From contig CM059433.1 in the NCBI GenBank assembly GCA_030390025.1, forward strand, positions 28,336,001 to 28,400,000: a DNA stretch of 64,000 bases, read 5' to 3'. Positions 1-12,660 of this stretch are shown here, piece after piece (the first letter of the stretch is position 1; each line of letters begins with the position of its first letter). Source of the DNA: Squalus acanthias. Lineage: Eukaryota. Both the position numbers and the translations under genes were made by a program. The notes under the pieces were generated by a model. That model had not been told where the DNA came from, searched no databases, and saw only the letters and a program-made list of their open reading frames with translations.

Positions 1-49
1 AAAAATGAGAAGTCGCACAACACCAGGTTATAGTCCAACAGATTTATTT

Positions 50-95
50 AAAATTACAAGCTTTCGGAGCTGTCGCCCCTTCCTCAGGTAGAGTT
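50..95 (-). ncRNA. Minimal hammerhead ribozyme motif in the Penelope pLTR
   Basis: Minus strand reads CUGAGGA-a-GGGGC(gaca)GCUCC-GAAA-GCUUGUA: intact CUGANGA and GAAA cores, a 5-bp stem II and a palindromic AAGCUU at stem III. Confidence 0.8.
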
Positions 96-322
96 ACTGT
101 GAGACAATCTACCAGAATTCACAGAATATAAACACAGAGAAAATGCAGAGATTCAATCTATCCTTGCATCAAAGACATACTAAGAGCACAGCCAAGACAA
201 TGAGATGTGTCCCAGGGGGTCCAACGTGTCAAAACACCTGCTGGCTGCATATCCTCTCCATTTGGGTTGGTTTCTTGTGTTTGTTTTTTTAAAAAGCTGG
301 AAAGACCGGCAACGATGTCAAG

Positions 323-1816
323 TCACGTTCTGTAGCGTGACATGAACCCGATATCCCGATTGAGGCCGTCCTCATGAGTGCGGAACTTGGCTATCAGTTT
401 CTGCTCGATGATTTTGCGTTGTCGTGTATCCCGAAGGCCGCCTTGGAGAACGCTAACCCGCAGATCCGAGGCTGAATGCCCTTGACTGCTGAAGTGTTCC
501 CCGACTGGGAGGCAACCCTCCTGCCTGGCGATTGTTGCGCGGTGTCCGTTCATACGTTGTCTCAGTGTCTGCATGGTCTCGCCGATGTACCATGCTCTGG
601 GGCATCCTTTACTGCAACGTATCAGGTAGACAACGTTGGCCGAGTCACATGAGTATGTACCATGTACCTGGTGGGTAGTGTCCTCACATGTGATGACGGT
701 ATCTGTGTCCATGATCTGGCATGTCTTGCAGAGGTTGCCGAGGCAGGGTTGTGTGGTGTCGTGGTCGCTGTTCTCCTGAAAGCTGGGTAATTTGCTGCGA
801 ACGATGGTACTTTTGAGGTTAGGCGGCTGCTTGAAGGCGAGTAGTGGAGGCGTGGGGATGGCCTTAGCGAGGTGTTCGTCGTCATCGATGACATGTTGAA
901 GGCTGCGAAGAACATGGCGTAGTTTCTCCGCTCCGGGGAAGTACTGGATGACGTAGGGTACTCTGTTGGTTGTGTCCCGTGTTCGTCTTCTGAGGAGGTC
1001 TATGCGGTTTTTCGCTGTGGCCCGTCGGAACTGTCGATCGACGAGTCGAGCGTCATATCCCGTTCTTACGAGGGCGTCTTTCAGTGTCCGTAGGTGTCCA
1101 TCGCGTTCCTCCTCGTCTGAGCAGATCCTGTGTATTCGCAGGGCTTGTCCATAGGGGATGGCTTCTTTAACGTGGTTAGGGTGGAAGCTGGAGAAGTGGA
1201 GCATCGTGAGGTTGTCCGTGGGCTTGCGGTAGAGTGAAGTGCTGAGGCGTCCGTCTTTGATGGAGATTCGTGTGTCCAAGAATGAAACCGATTCTGAGGA
1301 GTAGTCCATGGTGAGTTTGATGGTGGGATGGAACCTGTTGATGCTATCGTGTAGTCCTTTCAGTGATCCTTCGCCGTGGGTCCAAAGGAAGAAGATGTCG
1401 TCGATGTATCTGGTGTACAGCGTTGGTTGGAGGTCCTGTGCAGCGAAGAAGTCTTGCTCGAACTTGTGCATGAAGATGTTGGCGTATTGGGGTGCGAATT
1501 TGGTCCCCATGGCTGTTCCGTGTGTTTGGGTAAAAAACTGGTTGTCGAAGGTGAAGACATTGTGGTCAAGGATGAAGCGGATGAGTTGTAGGATGGCGTC
1601 TGGAGATTGGCTGTTGTTGGTGTTGAGTACTGAGGCTGTCGCAGCGATGCCGTCATTGTGGGGGATATTGGTGTAGAGTGCCGATACGTCCATCGTGGCG
1701 AGGAGTGTTCCTGGTTCAACTGGTCCATGGGTGCTGAGTTTCTGCAAGAAGTCTGTAGTGTCGCGACAGAAGCTGGGGGTTCCCTGTACGATGGGTTTCA
1801 GGATGCCCTCGACGTA
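323..1816 (-). CDS. Penelope RT + GIY-YIG endonuclease ORF, N-terminally truncated (no native start)
   Basis: The 474-aa ORF-track entry extends upstream in frame (YVEGILKPIVQGTPSFCRDTTDFL) to the truncation point, with no stops or frameshifts. Confidence 0.9.
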   Translation of the reverse strand, partial: YVEGILKPIVQGTPSFCRDTTDFLQKLSTHGPVEPGTLLATMDVSALYTNIPHNDGIAATASVLNTNNSQSPDAILQLIRFILDHNVFTFDNQFFTQTHGTAMGTKFAPQYANIFMHKFEQDFFAAQDLQPTLYTRYIDDIFFLWTHGEGSLKGLHDSINRFHPTIKLTMDYSSESVSFLDTRISIKDGRLSTSLYRKPTDNLTMLHFSSFHPNHVKEAIPYGQALRIHRICSDEEERDGHLRTLKDALVRTGYDARLVDRQFRRATAKNRIDLLRRRTRDTTNRVPYVIQYFPGAEKLRHVLRSLQHVIDDDEHLAKAIPTPPLLAFKQPPNLKSTIVRSKLPSFQENSDHDTTQPCLGNLCKTCQIMDTDTVITCEDTTHQVHGTYSCDSANVVYLIRCSKGCPRAWYIGETMQTLRQRMNGHRATIARQEGCLPVGEHFSSQGHSASDLRVSVLQGGLRDTRQRKIIEQKLIAKFRTHEDGLNRDIGFMSRYRT

Positions 1817-1849
1817 ATGAAGTACAAGGATATTTTGGTGGAGCAGCTC

Positions 1850-2400
1850 GAATGATTGAGGGGATTGGATTATGAGGTGTGATTATGTAAATTGGGCATG
1901 TTCTCACTTGAAAAGAAGTTGAGAGGGGATATGATTGCTGTTTTTAGGTTTCTAAAGGGACTGGCTTATGTAGACCATGACGAGCTGTTTCACCTTGTCC
2001 AGAACAGTAGAACCAGAGGACACTTGAAGGGGGGTAAATTCAAAACTAATCTGTGGAAATTTCAGTGAGCGAGTGGTCAATCTGTGGAACAGGCTCCCTC
2101 GGGAGAGGGTGGAAGCAGTTAGTCTTCATTCAGATGCAAATTAGAGAGACTTTTTTAGGATACAATGTACGAGTAATTTGTGACATGATGTATGGTAAGG
2201 GGAGCATGCTTGGGAGGAACTGGGAACCAGGATTATCCACCACTGAGGTTTTTGCTCACCTCATGTCTGGGTCTGTTGTAGACTAATGGAAAGAGATTGA
2301 TTGCTAGGATTAGTCAACAACTCCATTATTGTATAGTGTGACTACCAGGATGGTAGAAGACTGACTAGGTGGATGTTGGTCTTTTTTCATCTAGCAATAC
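1850..2400 (+). mobile_element. Old, diverged CR1 LINE 3' fragment
   Basis: Degenerate LGMFSLEKRRLRGDMI-type coding and ...RTRGH...; boundaries approximate. Confidence 0.65.
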
Positions 2401-4759
2401 CTATATGCCTTTGTTCCACGACAGTTGGCAACCACTTTGTCAAAAACACAAGTTAATGTCCAATTTTTTTTTTCACGCTTTCCCTTTCTGCCTTGTTTCG
2501 GTACATTAAGCTTTGTTTTTCCCGAAGTGTTCATGTGTGAATTAATGAGTCCTTTAAAGATATTAGCAAAGGTCAGAAGGGCTGATGTGTGAAAGTTCTA
2601 TTCACCTGAATGAGAGCTGTTGTTTTTTTATGCAGATCATAAAAAGCAGTGCTCTGGTGTCTGTGTTGACGGTCCAGTTTGTGTTTAAAGTGTCCCAGTG
2701 CAAGTCCAGTGTCGCGAAGTGCAAAAAAATTTCATGATTGTAAATTGATTTTTCATGAACTGGTTCTGCAGCGAAGTGATTCTGTCAGAGCGACAAGGTA
2801 ACTGAAGTGATCTGCAGCATTCAAAACAAGATACCACAGCTCACCGTAACAGGTTACTCAGAACTGATTCTTAAAGAAAGGAATACTTCTGAAAATTTAA
2901 TAACAGCTGACTCCTTTATAAGCTGTTAGAAGAATCATAATAGTTTACAGCACAGAAGGAGGCCATTCGACCCATTGTGCCTGCGCCGGCTGAAAAGATC
3001 TATCCAGCCTAATCCCACTTTCCAGCTCTTGGTCTGTTGCCTTGTAGGTTGCAGCACTTCAAGTACATAACCAAATACTTTTTAACTGTAATTAGGGTTT
3101 CTTCCTCTACCACCCTTTCAGGCAGTGAGTTCCAGACCCCCACCACCCTCTGGGTGAAAACATTTCTCCCAACTCCCCTCTAATCCTTCCACCAATTACT
3201 TTAAATCTATGCCCCTTGGTTATTGACCTCAGCTAAGGGAAATAGGTCCTTCCTCTCCACTCTATCTAGGCTCCTCATAATTTTATACACCTCAATCAAG
3301 TCTCTCTCTCAGCCTCCTTTGTTCCAAAGAAAACAACCCCAGCCTATCCAATCTTTCCTCATAGCTAAAATTCTCCAGTCCTGGCAACATCCTCGTAAAT
3401 CTCCTCTGTACCCTCTCTAATGCAATCACATCCGTCCTGTAATGTGACCAGAACTGTACACAATACTCTTAACTGTGGCCTAACTAGTGTTTTACACAGT
3501 TCAATCATAACCTCCCTGCTCTTATATTCTATGCCTCGGCTAATAAAGGAAAATATCCCGCATGCCTTATTAACCACGTTATCTACCTGTCCTGCTACCT
3601 TCAGGGATCTGTGGACATGCACTCCAAGGTCCCTCTGTTCCTCTACACTTCTCAGTATCCTACCATTTATTGTGTATTCCCTTGCCTTGTTAGCGCTCCC
3701 CAAATGCATGACCTCAAACTTCTCTGGATTGAATCCCATTTGCCACTTTTAAGCCCACCTGACCAGTCCATTGATATTTTCCTGCAGTCTACAACTTTCA
3801 TCCTCACTATTAACCACACGGCCACTTTTTGTATCATCTGCAAACTTCTTAATCACGCCCTCTACATTGAAGTCTAAGTCTTCGATATATACCACAAAAA
3901 GCAAGGGACCTAGTACTGAGCCCTAGCACTGGAAACAGCCTTCGAGTCACAAACACCTGTCAACCATTACCCTTTGCTTCCTGCCACTGAGCCAATTTTG
4001 GATCCAACTTGCCACTTTCCCTTGGATCCCATGGGATTTTACTTTTCTAACCAGTCTCCCATGTGGGACCTTGCTAAAATCCATGTAGACTACATCAAAC
4101 ACGCTACCCTCATCGACCCTCCTTGTTACCTTCTCAAAAAATCCAATCAAGTTAGTCAGACATGACCTTCCCTTAACAAATCCATGCTGACTGTCCTTGA
4201 TTAATCCGTGCCTTTCTAAATGACGATTAATACTGTCCCTCAGAATTTTTTCCAATAATTTGCCCACCACCGAGCTTAGGCTGACAGGCCTGTAATACTA
4301 GGTCTATCCCTTTCTCCCTTTTTTAAACAACGGTACGACGTTAGAAGTCCTCCAGTCCTCCGGCATCACACTTGTAGCAAGAGAGGATTGGAAAATGATG
4401 GTCAGAGCCTCTGCCTGGGATACATTTCATCCGGGCCTGGTGATTTATCTACTTTCAAAGATGCTAAACCCCTTAATACTTCCTCTCTCACTATGTTTAT
4501 CTCATCCAATATTTCACACTCCTCCTTAACTACAATGTCTGCATCGTCCCTCTCTTTTGTGAAGACCGATGCAAAGTATTCATTAAGAACCATCTTCCGC
4601 CTCCACAGATAGGTTACCTTCTTGATCTCTTATAGACCCTACTCTTTCTTTAGTTATCCTCTTGCTCTTTATGTATTTACAAAACATCTTTGGGTTTTCC
4701 TTGATTTTTACTTGCCAATATTTTTTCATGCCCTCTTTTTGTTATCCTAATTTCCTTTT

Positions 4760-6172
4760 TCATAGAATGGTTACAGCACAGAAGGAGGCCATTTGGCCCG
4801 TCGAGCCCGTGCCGGCTCTCTGCAAGAGCACTTTAGCTAGTCCCACTCCCCTGCCCTCTCACCGAAGCCCTGCAAATTTTTCTCTTTCAGGTACCTTTTG
4901 AAAGCCACGATTGAATCTGCCCCCAGCACTCTTTTAGGCAGTGCATTAGTGATACTAACCACTCGCATAAAGTATTTCCTTATGTCGCCTTTGGTTCTTC
5001 CAGTCACCTGAAATCTGTGTCCTCTGGTTTTCGACCCTTCCGCTAATGGGTACAGTTTCTCTCTATCTATTCTGTCTAGAACCCTCATGATTTTGAACAC
5101 CTCTATCAAATCTCCTCTCAACGTTCTCTGCACTAAGGAGAACAACCCCATCTTCTCCGGTCTTTTTTTTTTATTCGTTCCTGGGATGTGGGTGTCACTG
5201 GCAAGGCCAGCACTGATTGCCTATCCCTAATTTCCCATGAGAAGTTGGTGGTGAGCCGCCGCCTTGAACCGCTGCAGTCCGTGTGGTGAAGGTACTCGGA
5301 CAGTGCTGTTAGGGAGGGAGTTCCAGGATTTTGACCCAGCGACAATGAAGGAACGGTGATGTACTTCCAAGTCAGGATGGTGTGTAACTTGGAGGTGATG
5401 GTGTTCCCATGCGCCTGCTGCCCTCGGCATTCTAGGTAGTAGAGGTCGCAGGTTTGGGAGGTGCTGTCGAAGAAGCCTTGGCGAGTTGCTGCAGTGCATC
5501 TTGTAGATGGTACACACTGCAGCCACAGTGCGCCGGTGGTGGAGGGAGTGAATGTTTGAAGTGGTGGATGGGGTGCCGATCAAGCGGGCTGCTTTGTCCT
5601 GGATGGTGTCGAGCTTCTTGAGTGTTGTTTGAGCTGTACTCATCCAATCTATCCACATAACTGAAGTCCCTCATCCCAGGAACCATTCTTGTAAATCTTT
5701 TCTGCACCCTCTCTAAGGCCTTCGCAACCTTCTTAAAGTGCAGTGCCCAGAATTGGACACAATACTCCAGTTGAGGCCGAACCAGTGTTTTGTAAAGGTT
5801 CATCATAATTTCCTTGCTTTTGTACTCTATACCTCTATTTATGAAGCCCAGAATCCCGTATGCTTTTTTAACCGCTTTCTCAACCTGTCTTGCCACCTTC
5901 AACGATTTGTGCACATATACCCCCGGGTCTTTCTGTTCATGCACCTCCTTTAGAATTGTGCTCTTCAATTTATATTGCCCTGTTTTTCCTACCGAAATGT
6001 TTCACTTCGTACTTTTCTGCATTAAATTTCATCTGCCACGTATCCGCCCATTCCACCAGCCTGTCTATGTCCTCTTGAAGTCTATCCCTGTCCTCCTCAC
6101 TGTTCACTATACTTCCAAGTTTTGTGTCATCTGCAAATTTTGAAATTGTACCTTGTACACCCAAGTCCAAGT
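4760..6172 (-). mobile_element. 5'-truncated CR1 (second subfamily) inserted in the larger CR1; itself interrupted at about 5162-5648
   Basis: ISKFADDTKLG, YKTLVRPQLEYCVQFW and GLFSL..RGDLIEVFKIM motifs, with a CR1 tail at 4760-4860. Confidence 0.88.
5162..5648 (-). mobile_element. 3' end of a second CR1-group LINE family (Crack/Daphne-like) with A-rich tail
   Basis: LDTIQDKAARLIG..SLHHRRTVAAVCTIYKMH; same 3' end as the 8820-10325 copy; poly-T at 5163-5172. Confidence 0.85.
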
Positions 6173-8699
6173 TGTTTTAATTTCACCCCTGCACTTTCTA
6201 TACTCCTCGAGGCTTTCTGCAGTATTTAGCTCTCAATACCTGACATAAGCTTCCCTTTTTTGCCTTATCCTGTTTGCCCTTGGCATCCAGGGGGCTCTAG
6301 ATTTGGGAGTCCCACCCTTTTCCATTGTGGGAACATAATTGCTTTGAACTGTCATTATCTCCTCCTTGAATGCCTCCCAGTGCTCTGACACTGATTTACC
6401 TTCAAGTAGCTGTTTCCAGTCCACGTTTGCTGAATCACATCTCAGCTTAGTAAAATTGGCCCTTCCTCAGTTGAGAACTTTTACTCCTGGCCTATCTTTG
6501 TCCTCTTCCATAACCACACTAAATCTAACTGAGACTAAGTCCAGAACTGCCCCCTCTCTTGTTGGGCTTGCTACATCCTGGCTAAAAAAGTTCTCCTGAC
6601 TGCATTTTAAGAATTCTGTACCCTCTATACCTTTTACACTTATTCTATCGTAATTAATATTAGGGTAGTTGAAATCCCCTACTATTACTGCCCTATTGCT
6701 TTTGCACTTCTCAGAAATTTGCCTACATATTTGCTCTTCTACCTCCCTATGACTATTTGGGGGTCTATAGTGCACTTCCCAGCAGTGTGATTGCCCCTTT
6801 TTTGTTCTTCAGTTTAACCCATACGACCTCATTTGATGATCCTTCGAACATGTCATCCCTCCTCACAGCTGTAATTGTTTCTTTAACCAATATTGCGACC
6901 CCCCCCTTTTTATCCCTCTCTCTATCCTATCTGAAAACCCTGTAACCAGGAATGTTGAGCTGCCATTCCTGCCCTCCTTTCAGCCATGTTTCAATAATAG
7001 CTATGATATCATACTTCCACGTGTCCATCTGTGCCCTCAGCTCATCTGTCTAATTCAGTAGACTTCTTGCATTAAAGTATACACCATTAAGCACTGTCAA
7101 ACCCCTTTCTTGTCTATTTTCTAGCCTTTATTTCATCTGCCTTCCAAACTCACTTACTAATTTACTGCATTCTATTTCCAGCTTTGCTTCTCTCCCTTCT
7201 GAATCTACGCTTAGGTTCCCATCCCCCTGCCAAGCTAGTTTAAACCCTCCCCAACAGCACGAGCAAACCTCCCCGCGATGATATTTGTCCCGGCCCTGTT
7301 GAGGTGCAACACATCTGGCTTGTATAGGTCCCACCTCCCGCAGAACCGGTCCCAATGCCTCAGAAATCTAAAGCCCTCTCTCCTGCACCATCTCTCCAGC
7401 CACGCATTCATCTGCTCTATCCTCCTATTTCTGTACTGACTAGTGCGTGGCACCAATCCAGAGATTACTACGTTTGAGGTGCTGCTTATTAATCTCTCTC
7501 CTAGCTCCCTAAAATCTGCCTGCAGAACCTCATCCCTCTTTCTACCTATGACATTGGTACCGATATGGACCACACCCTCTGGTTGTTCACCCTCCCTCAT
7601 CAGAATGTCCAGCAGCCACTCGGTGACATCCTTGACCCTGACACCAGGGAGGTGACGCACCATCCTGGAGTCACGTCTGTGGCCTAACTATAGTCTGTTC
7701 CCCTAACTATTGAATCGCCTATCACTATTGCTTTTCTGACCTGCCTCCTCCCCCTTGTACAGCTGAGCCACCCATGGTGCCTTGGACTTCCCTCTGGCTG
7801 TACTCCCCAGAGGAACTATCGCCCTCACCAGTATACTGGTTAGAGAGTGAGATGCATTCAGGGAACTCCTGCACTACCTGCCTGGTCCTCTTTTTTTTTC
7901 TGTCTGGTGGTTACCCGTTCCCTCTCTGCCTGCAAACTCTTAAGCTGTGGGGTGACCACCTCCTGAAACGTGCTATCCACGTAGCTCTCAGCCTCACGGA
8001 TGCACTGCAGTGACGCCAGCTGTTGCTCAAGCTCCGAACCCCGGAGCTCGAGCTCCTCTAGCTGATGACACTTCCTGTACGTGGTTGTCCGGATACGAGA
8101 AGCATCCTGGATTTCCCACGTGGCACAGGATGTGCATTCGACGGGACTGAGGTGCCCTGCCATGCCTCAATTTATTACTAGACTATTAACTAAACTTCTT
8201 AATTCAACCTACTGCCTTGTTAGAAAGCTATTAGAGTAAAGAATATGAAAATAAGTGTTGAACTGCATAGAGGGTGGTGAGTATTTGAAAAAGGTAATTT
8301 AAACATAACGAGTGAACGCCTGCATCAGTGAGTAATGTGTTTTAAAAGGGGAACTTTAAAGCAATATATATACTTTGGCAAGGGGGTGATGAAATAGTGG
8401 GGAGGGGGGTCAAGAAATAGTTGAGGGGAGATTTTTTTTTTACCAAAGCTGACAACGGATTCTTGCATGAAGTGCCTTAAACAGTGGCCGACTATTGAAG
8501 ATGAGTGTGATTTAGAAGACCGACTTCGGAAATGTTCGATACATTGCTGAGAAATATAAAATAATCTACTGCAGCTGGTTCTCATACTTCTTTCGACATG
8601 TTTCTCATCATTTGTAGATCATAACATGCCCAATAGTATTTTTTTGGTACCATACAATCCTTGAGATTATATTTATAGTGTGATGGTAATATTTCAGAC

Positions 8700-8820
8700 T
8701 GTAGTAAGCTTTTGGTCACATGTCCTAATATCTCCTTATGTGGCTCGGTGCCAAAATTTGTTTGATAACGCTCCTGTGAAGGGCCTTGGGACGTTTTACT
8801 ACATTAAAGATACTATTTAA
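8700..8820 (+). mobile_element. L2 LINE 3' tail fragment
   Basis: ataacgctcctgtgaag.gccttgggacgttttactac tail, shared with other L2 copies in the window. Confidence 0.75.
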
Positions 8821-10325
8821 GGCTTTGGGCCCTGTCAACATCCCAGCTATCGTGCTGAAGACTTGTGCTCCAGAACTAGCGCCTCTAGCCAAGCTGTTCC
8901 AATACAGCTACAACACTGGCATCTATCCAACAATGTGGAAAACTGCCGAGGTATGCCTTGTCCACAAAACAGGTCAAATCCAATCTGGCCAATTACCTCC
9001 CCATCAGTCTACTCTCAATCATCAGCAAAGTGATGGAAGGTGTTATCAACAGTGCTATCAAACGGCACTTATACACCAATAACCTGCTCACTGATGCCCA
9101 GTTTGGGTTCCGCCAAGACCACTCGGCTCCCGACCTCATTACAGCCTTGGTCCAAACATGGACAAAGGAGCTGAATTCCAGAGGTGAGCTGAGAGTGACT
9201 GCCCTTGACATCAAGGCAGCATTTGACCGGGTGTGGCATCAAGGAGCCCTAGTAAAACTGAAGTCAATGGGAATTGGGGAGGAAAACTCACCACTGGCTG
9301 GAGTCATATCTAGCACAAAGGAAGATGGTTGTGGTTGTTGGAGGCCAATCATCTCAGCCCCAGGATATTGTTGCAGGAGTTCCTCAGGGCAGTGTCCCAG
9401 ACCCAGCCATCTTCAGCTGCTTCATCACTGACCTTCCCTCCATCTTAAGATCAGAAATGGCAATGTTTGCTGACGACTGCACAGTGTTCAGTGCCATTCA
9501 CAACTCCTCAGATAATGAAGCAGTCCATGCCTGCATGCAACAAGACCTGGACGACGTTCAGGCTTGGGCTGATAAATGGCAGTAAACATTCGTGCCAAAA
9601 AAGTGTCAGGCAATGACCATCTCCAACAAGCGAGAGTCTAACCACCACCCCTTGACCTTCAACGGCATTACCATCGCTGAATCCCCCACCATCAACATCC
9701 TGGGGGTCACCATTGACCAGAAACTTAACTGGATCAGCCACATAAATACTGTGGCAACAAGAGCAGGTCAGAGGCTAGGTATTCTGTGGCGATTGTCTCA
9801 CCTCCTGACACCCCAAAGCCTTTTCACCATCTACAAAGCACAAGTAAGGAGTGTGATGGAATACTCTCCACTTGCCTGGATGAGTGCAGCTCAAACAACA
9901 CTCGAAGCTCGACACCATCCAGGACAAAGCAGCCTGCTTGACTGGCGTACCGTGGCTGCAGTGTGTACCATCTACAAGATGCACTGCAGCAACTTGCCAA
10001 GGCTTCTTCGGCAGCACCTCCCAAACCCGCGACCTCTTCCACGTGGAAGGACGAGGGCAGCAGGTGCATGGAAACACCACCACCTCCAAGTTCCCCTCCA
10101 AGTCGCACATCATCCTGACTTGGAAATATATCGCTGATCCTTCATCGTCGCTGGGTGAAAATCCTGGAACTCCCTACCTAACAGCACTGTGAGAGTACCT
10201 TCACCACACGGACTGCAGCAGTTCAAGAAGGCGGCTCACCGCCACCTTCTCGAGGGCAATTAGGGATGGGCAATAAATGCTGGCCTTGCTAGCGACGTCC
10301 ACATCCCGTAAACAAATTAAAAAAA
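8820..10325 (+). mobile_element. CR1-group (Crack/Daphne-like) LINE, 5'-truncated, RT region and 3' end
   Basis: QFGFRQDHSAPDL, LDIKAAFDRVWH, GVPQGS and MFADD motifs with frameshifts; 3' end ...gggcaataaatgctggcc...aaaaaaa. Confidence 0.9.
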
Positions 10326-10374
10326 TATATAAATACAAGTTGCTGTATACTTGAATCTCTGGGAGCGTCATGCT

Positions 10375-11139
10375 GGCCCAGATTTTGCGGCGAAGTAATG
10401 GCAGTCGCCGTTCATCATGCTGACCGCTGCCCACAGACTTTTCGTGGGCTTTTTTAAGCGGCAGCTTAGGGTTCCTGGAGATCATTTCCATGTGCAGTGC
10501 TCTCTACAGGGAATCTGTTGCGTGCATGAGCAGCTCAAGCAACAGCGAGGCTCTTCAACCAATCAGATTGAATAATTCTCACTGAGCCACACTGTGTGTA
10601 AACCAGGAAGTATTAATGAGAGTATTTACTCTTTTGTAAAATCATGTACAGAAAGCAAAATAGAGGGAAGGAAAGATGGGATTTAGAGAGCGAGATAAAA
10701 GAGACAGAAAAAGTAAAACAAAATTATTTCAGTTGTTTTTTAAATCTCCAACAGTAATTAAATTCTTAAGGCTTGAGACTTCAAACTTGTAAAATTAAAT
10801 TTTCAGGGCCGGATACTTTGTTTGGCAGTAATTATGACTTATCACACCATTAAAAATTCAATTACACCTGAACCCTAACTTTTTCTGCTGTTTTTTGTGG
10901 GTAACTAGTGGGTAAGTAATGCAACTTCACTGCATTACAGTACTTGGATTTCAGTGCCGAGTCTCTCGGTGTGGTACTGTTATAGCACAGCCCACGGAGG
11001 AGCAGAGTAACTCGGACAGCAACTTCTGGATTTCTACATTACATTGCACACGTGCGGACTCCTGAAGTTGCTGTCTGATTTACTCCATAATGGTGAGTGC
11101 CGATAGCCTCACCGTTATTCTCAACGCAAAATCTGGGCC
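10375..11139. mobile_element. Non-autonomous DNA transposon (PIF/Harbinger-like), 765 bp
   Basis: Perfect 15-bp TIRs GGCCCAGATTTTGCG / CGCAAAATCTGGGCC. No coding capacity seen; TSD not clear. Confidence 0.75.
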
Positions 11140-11589
11140 AATGTCTCTTATTGCAATACCCAACATTTCAGATCCTTGCGAGCAGACAGGCAGCACCTCA
11201 ACAATGGTCGATACCGTGCTGATGAAATAATCCTAATTCCCAGAATAATCTGCGCTGTACATCTCCTGTGACTGCTGTAAATACTGTCTTGCAGTATTCC
11301 ACTGATGGCAATAGATTTTTAGCCCTTGACAGATTTCGGATGATTCATATATTTGCTTCATTTACTTCTCGAGAAACGTGTGTGATGACACAGGCCATTG
11401 TGTAGGACACCACCAATGTTGAAAATAATCGGATTTAAGACGAGATACATTAAGAAGTTGTGGTTTGCTGTCATTAAGTTTGTGTTTTATGGCTTGTAAT
11501 TACAGGACAAATTGAAGACTGGGGGAGTGGGAATGCAGTTGCACAGGTTCAAGGTCCGAGGAAACAGTGAGCTAGAGGAGTTAGTAGCT

Positions 11590-12022
11590 CGCTGACCTAC
11601 ATTTGCTCCCAGTCTGGCAGTGCTTCGATTTAAAAATTCTCATCCTTGTGTTCAAATCCCTCCATGGCCCCGACCCTCCCTATCTCTAACCTCCTCCAGC
11701 CCTACAATCCTCCGAGATTTCTGTGCTCCTATTCTGGCCTCTTGCGCATCCCTGATTTTCATCGCTCCATCATTGCCGGGTGTGCCTTCAGCTGTCTAGG
11801 CCTGAAGCTCTGGAATTTCCTCCCTAAACCTCTCCCCCTCTCCACCTGTCTCTCCTCCTTTAAGACGCTCCTTAACACCTACCTTTTTGACCAAGCTTTT
11901 GATCACCTGTCCTAATATCGCTTTGTGCCTCAGTGTAAAATTTTACTTTTATAACGCTCCTGTGAAGCGCCTTGGGACGTTTCACTATGTTAAAGGCGCT
12001 GTATAAATGCAAGTTGTTGTTG
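11590..12022 (+). mobile_element. L2 LINE 3' fragment
   Basis: FKILI..LQPYNPPR..LWN.LP coding remnant; tail aaaggcgctgtataaatgcaagttgttgttg. Confidence 0.85.
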
Positions 12023-12324
12023 AGCGGGCATGAGGAGTCCTGATTTCAACATACTGAGAAAAACTGTGCATGTTGCTTTTTGCAGCTTGGGAGGAGCAAG
12101 AATGTTCTGATCAGCAATGACTATCGTTGTATTGACAAATTGGGGGTGGGGTGGGGGGGGAGGCCAAGAGCGATTACTTGATTGGAGGCCAATAACAATG
12201 TTGTCTGGTTGAGATGTAATGGAACTGAAAGGACTCGAAATACGTTAGAGTGGCAGCTATCGGTCTTGCTCCTAATCATAGCGTGCAGTACTGAGACACT
12301 AGTTATATAGTTCAGCTTAAATAT

Positions 12325-12660
12325 TGTGCCTTTCATGACCTCGGAACATCCCAAAATGCTTTACAGTCAATGAAGTACTTTTGAAATGTCGTCACTGTTG
12401 TAATGTAAGAAACACGGCAGCCAACTTGCGCACAGCAAGCTCCCACAAACAGCAATGTGATAATGACTAGATAATCTGTTTTAGTGATGTTGGTTGAGGG
12501 ATAAATATTGGCCAGGACAGCAGGGAGAACTCCCCTGCTCTTCGAACAGTGACATGGGATCTTTTACGTCCACCTGAGAGGACAGAAGAGCCTTGGTTTA
12601 ACGTCTCATCCGAAAGAGGGCACTAGCGACAATGCAGTACTAGCACTGGAGTATCAGCTT
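12325..12660 (-). mobile_element. Deu-domain SINE (SacSINE1-like), partial
   Basis: Matches the body of the full-length copy at 45275-45741. Confidence 0.8.

Larger units (their letters stand above)
1..1816 (-). mobile_element. Penelope-like element (Neptune-like), 5'-truncated, young; pLTR/3' region runs to the window start
   Basis: Minus-strand frame is open from about 1816 to the stop at 323. It has RT motifs (MDVSALYT, GTAMG, RYIDDIF), a C-x4-C-xx-C linker and a GIY-YIG endonuclease (NVVYLIRC...WYIGET). CpG-rich. Confidence 0.95.
2932..8165 (-). mobile_element. Near full-length decayed CR1 (HER1-like) LINE, interrupted at about 4760-6175 by younger insertions
   Basis: ORF1 Cys-rich/leucine zipper (VECTSCATW..KCHQLEELELR) and SGNH esterase (HLPGVRVKDV..VVHIGTN); APE endonuclease (YRPPNS..IVGDFNYP); RT (QHGFVKGRSCLTNL, VYMDFSK); CR1 tail at 2932-3030. 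Sequence is continuous across the insertion (tttccttttt|aatttcacccc). Confidence 0.9.

Noticed and set aside
8325..8640. Unique stretch with an 86-aa minus-strand ORF, considered as an exon (including PRIM2 exon 5)
   Set aside because: No similarity to SEELRRWFIQQEMDLLRFRF or any protein I recognise.
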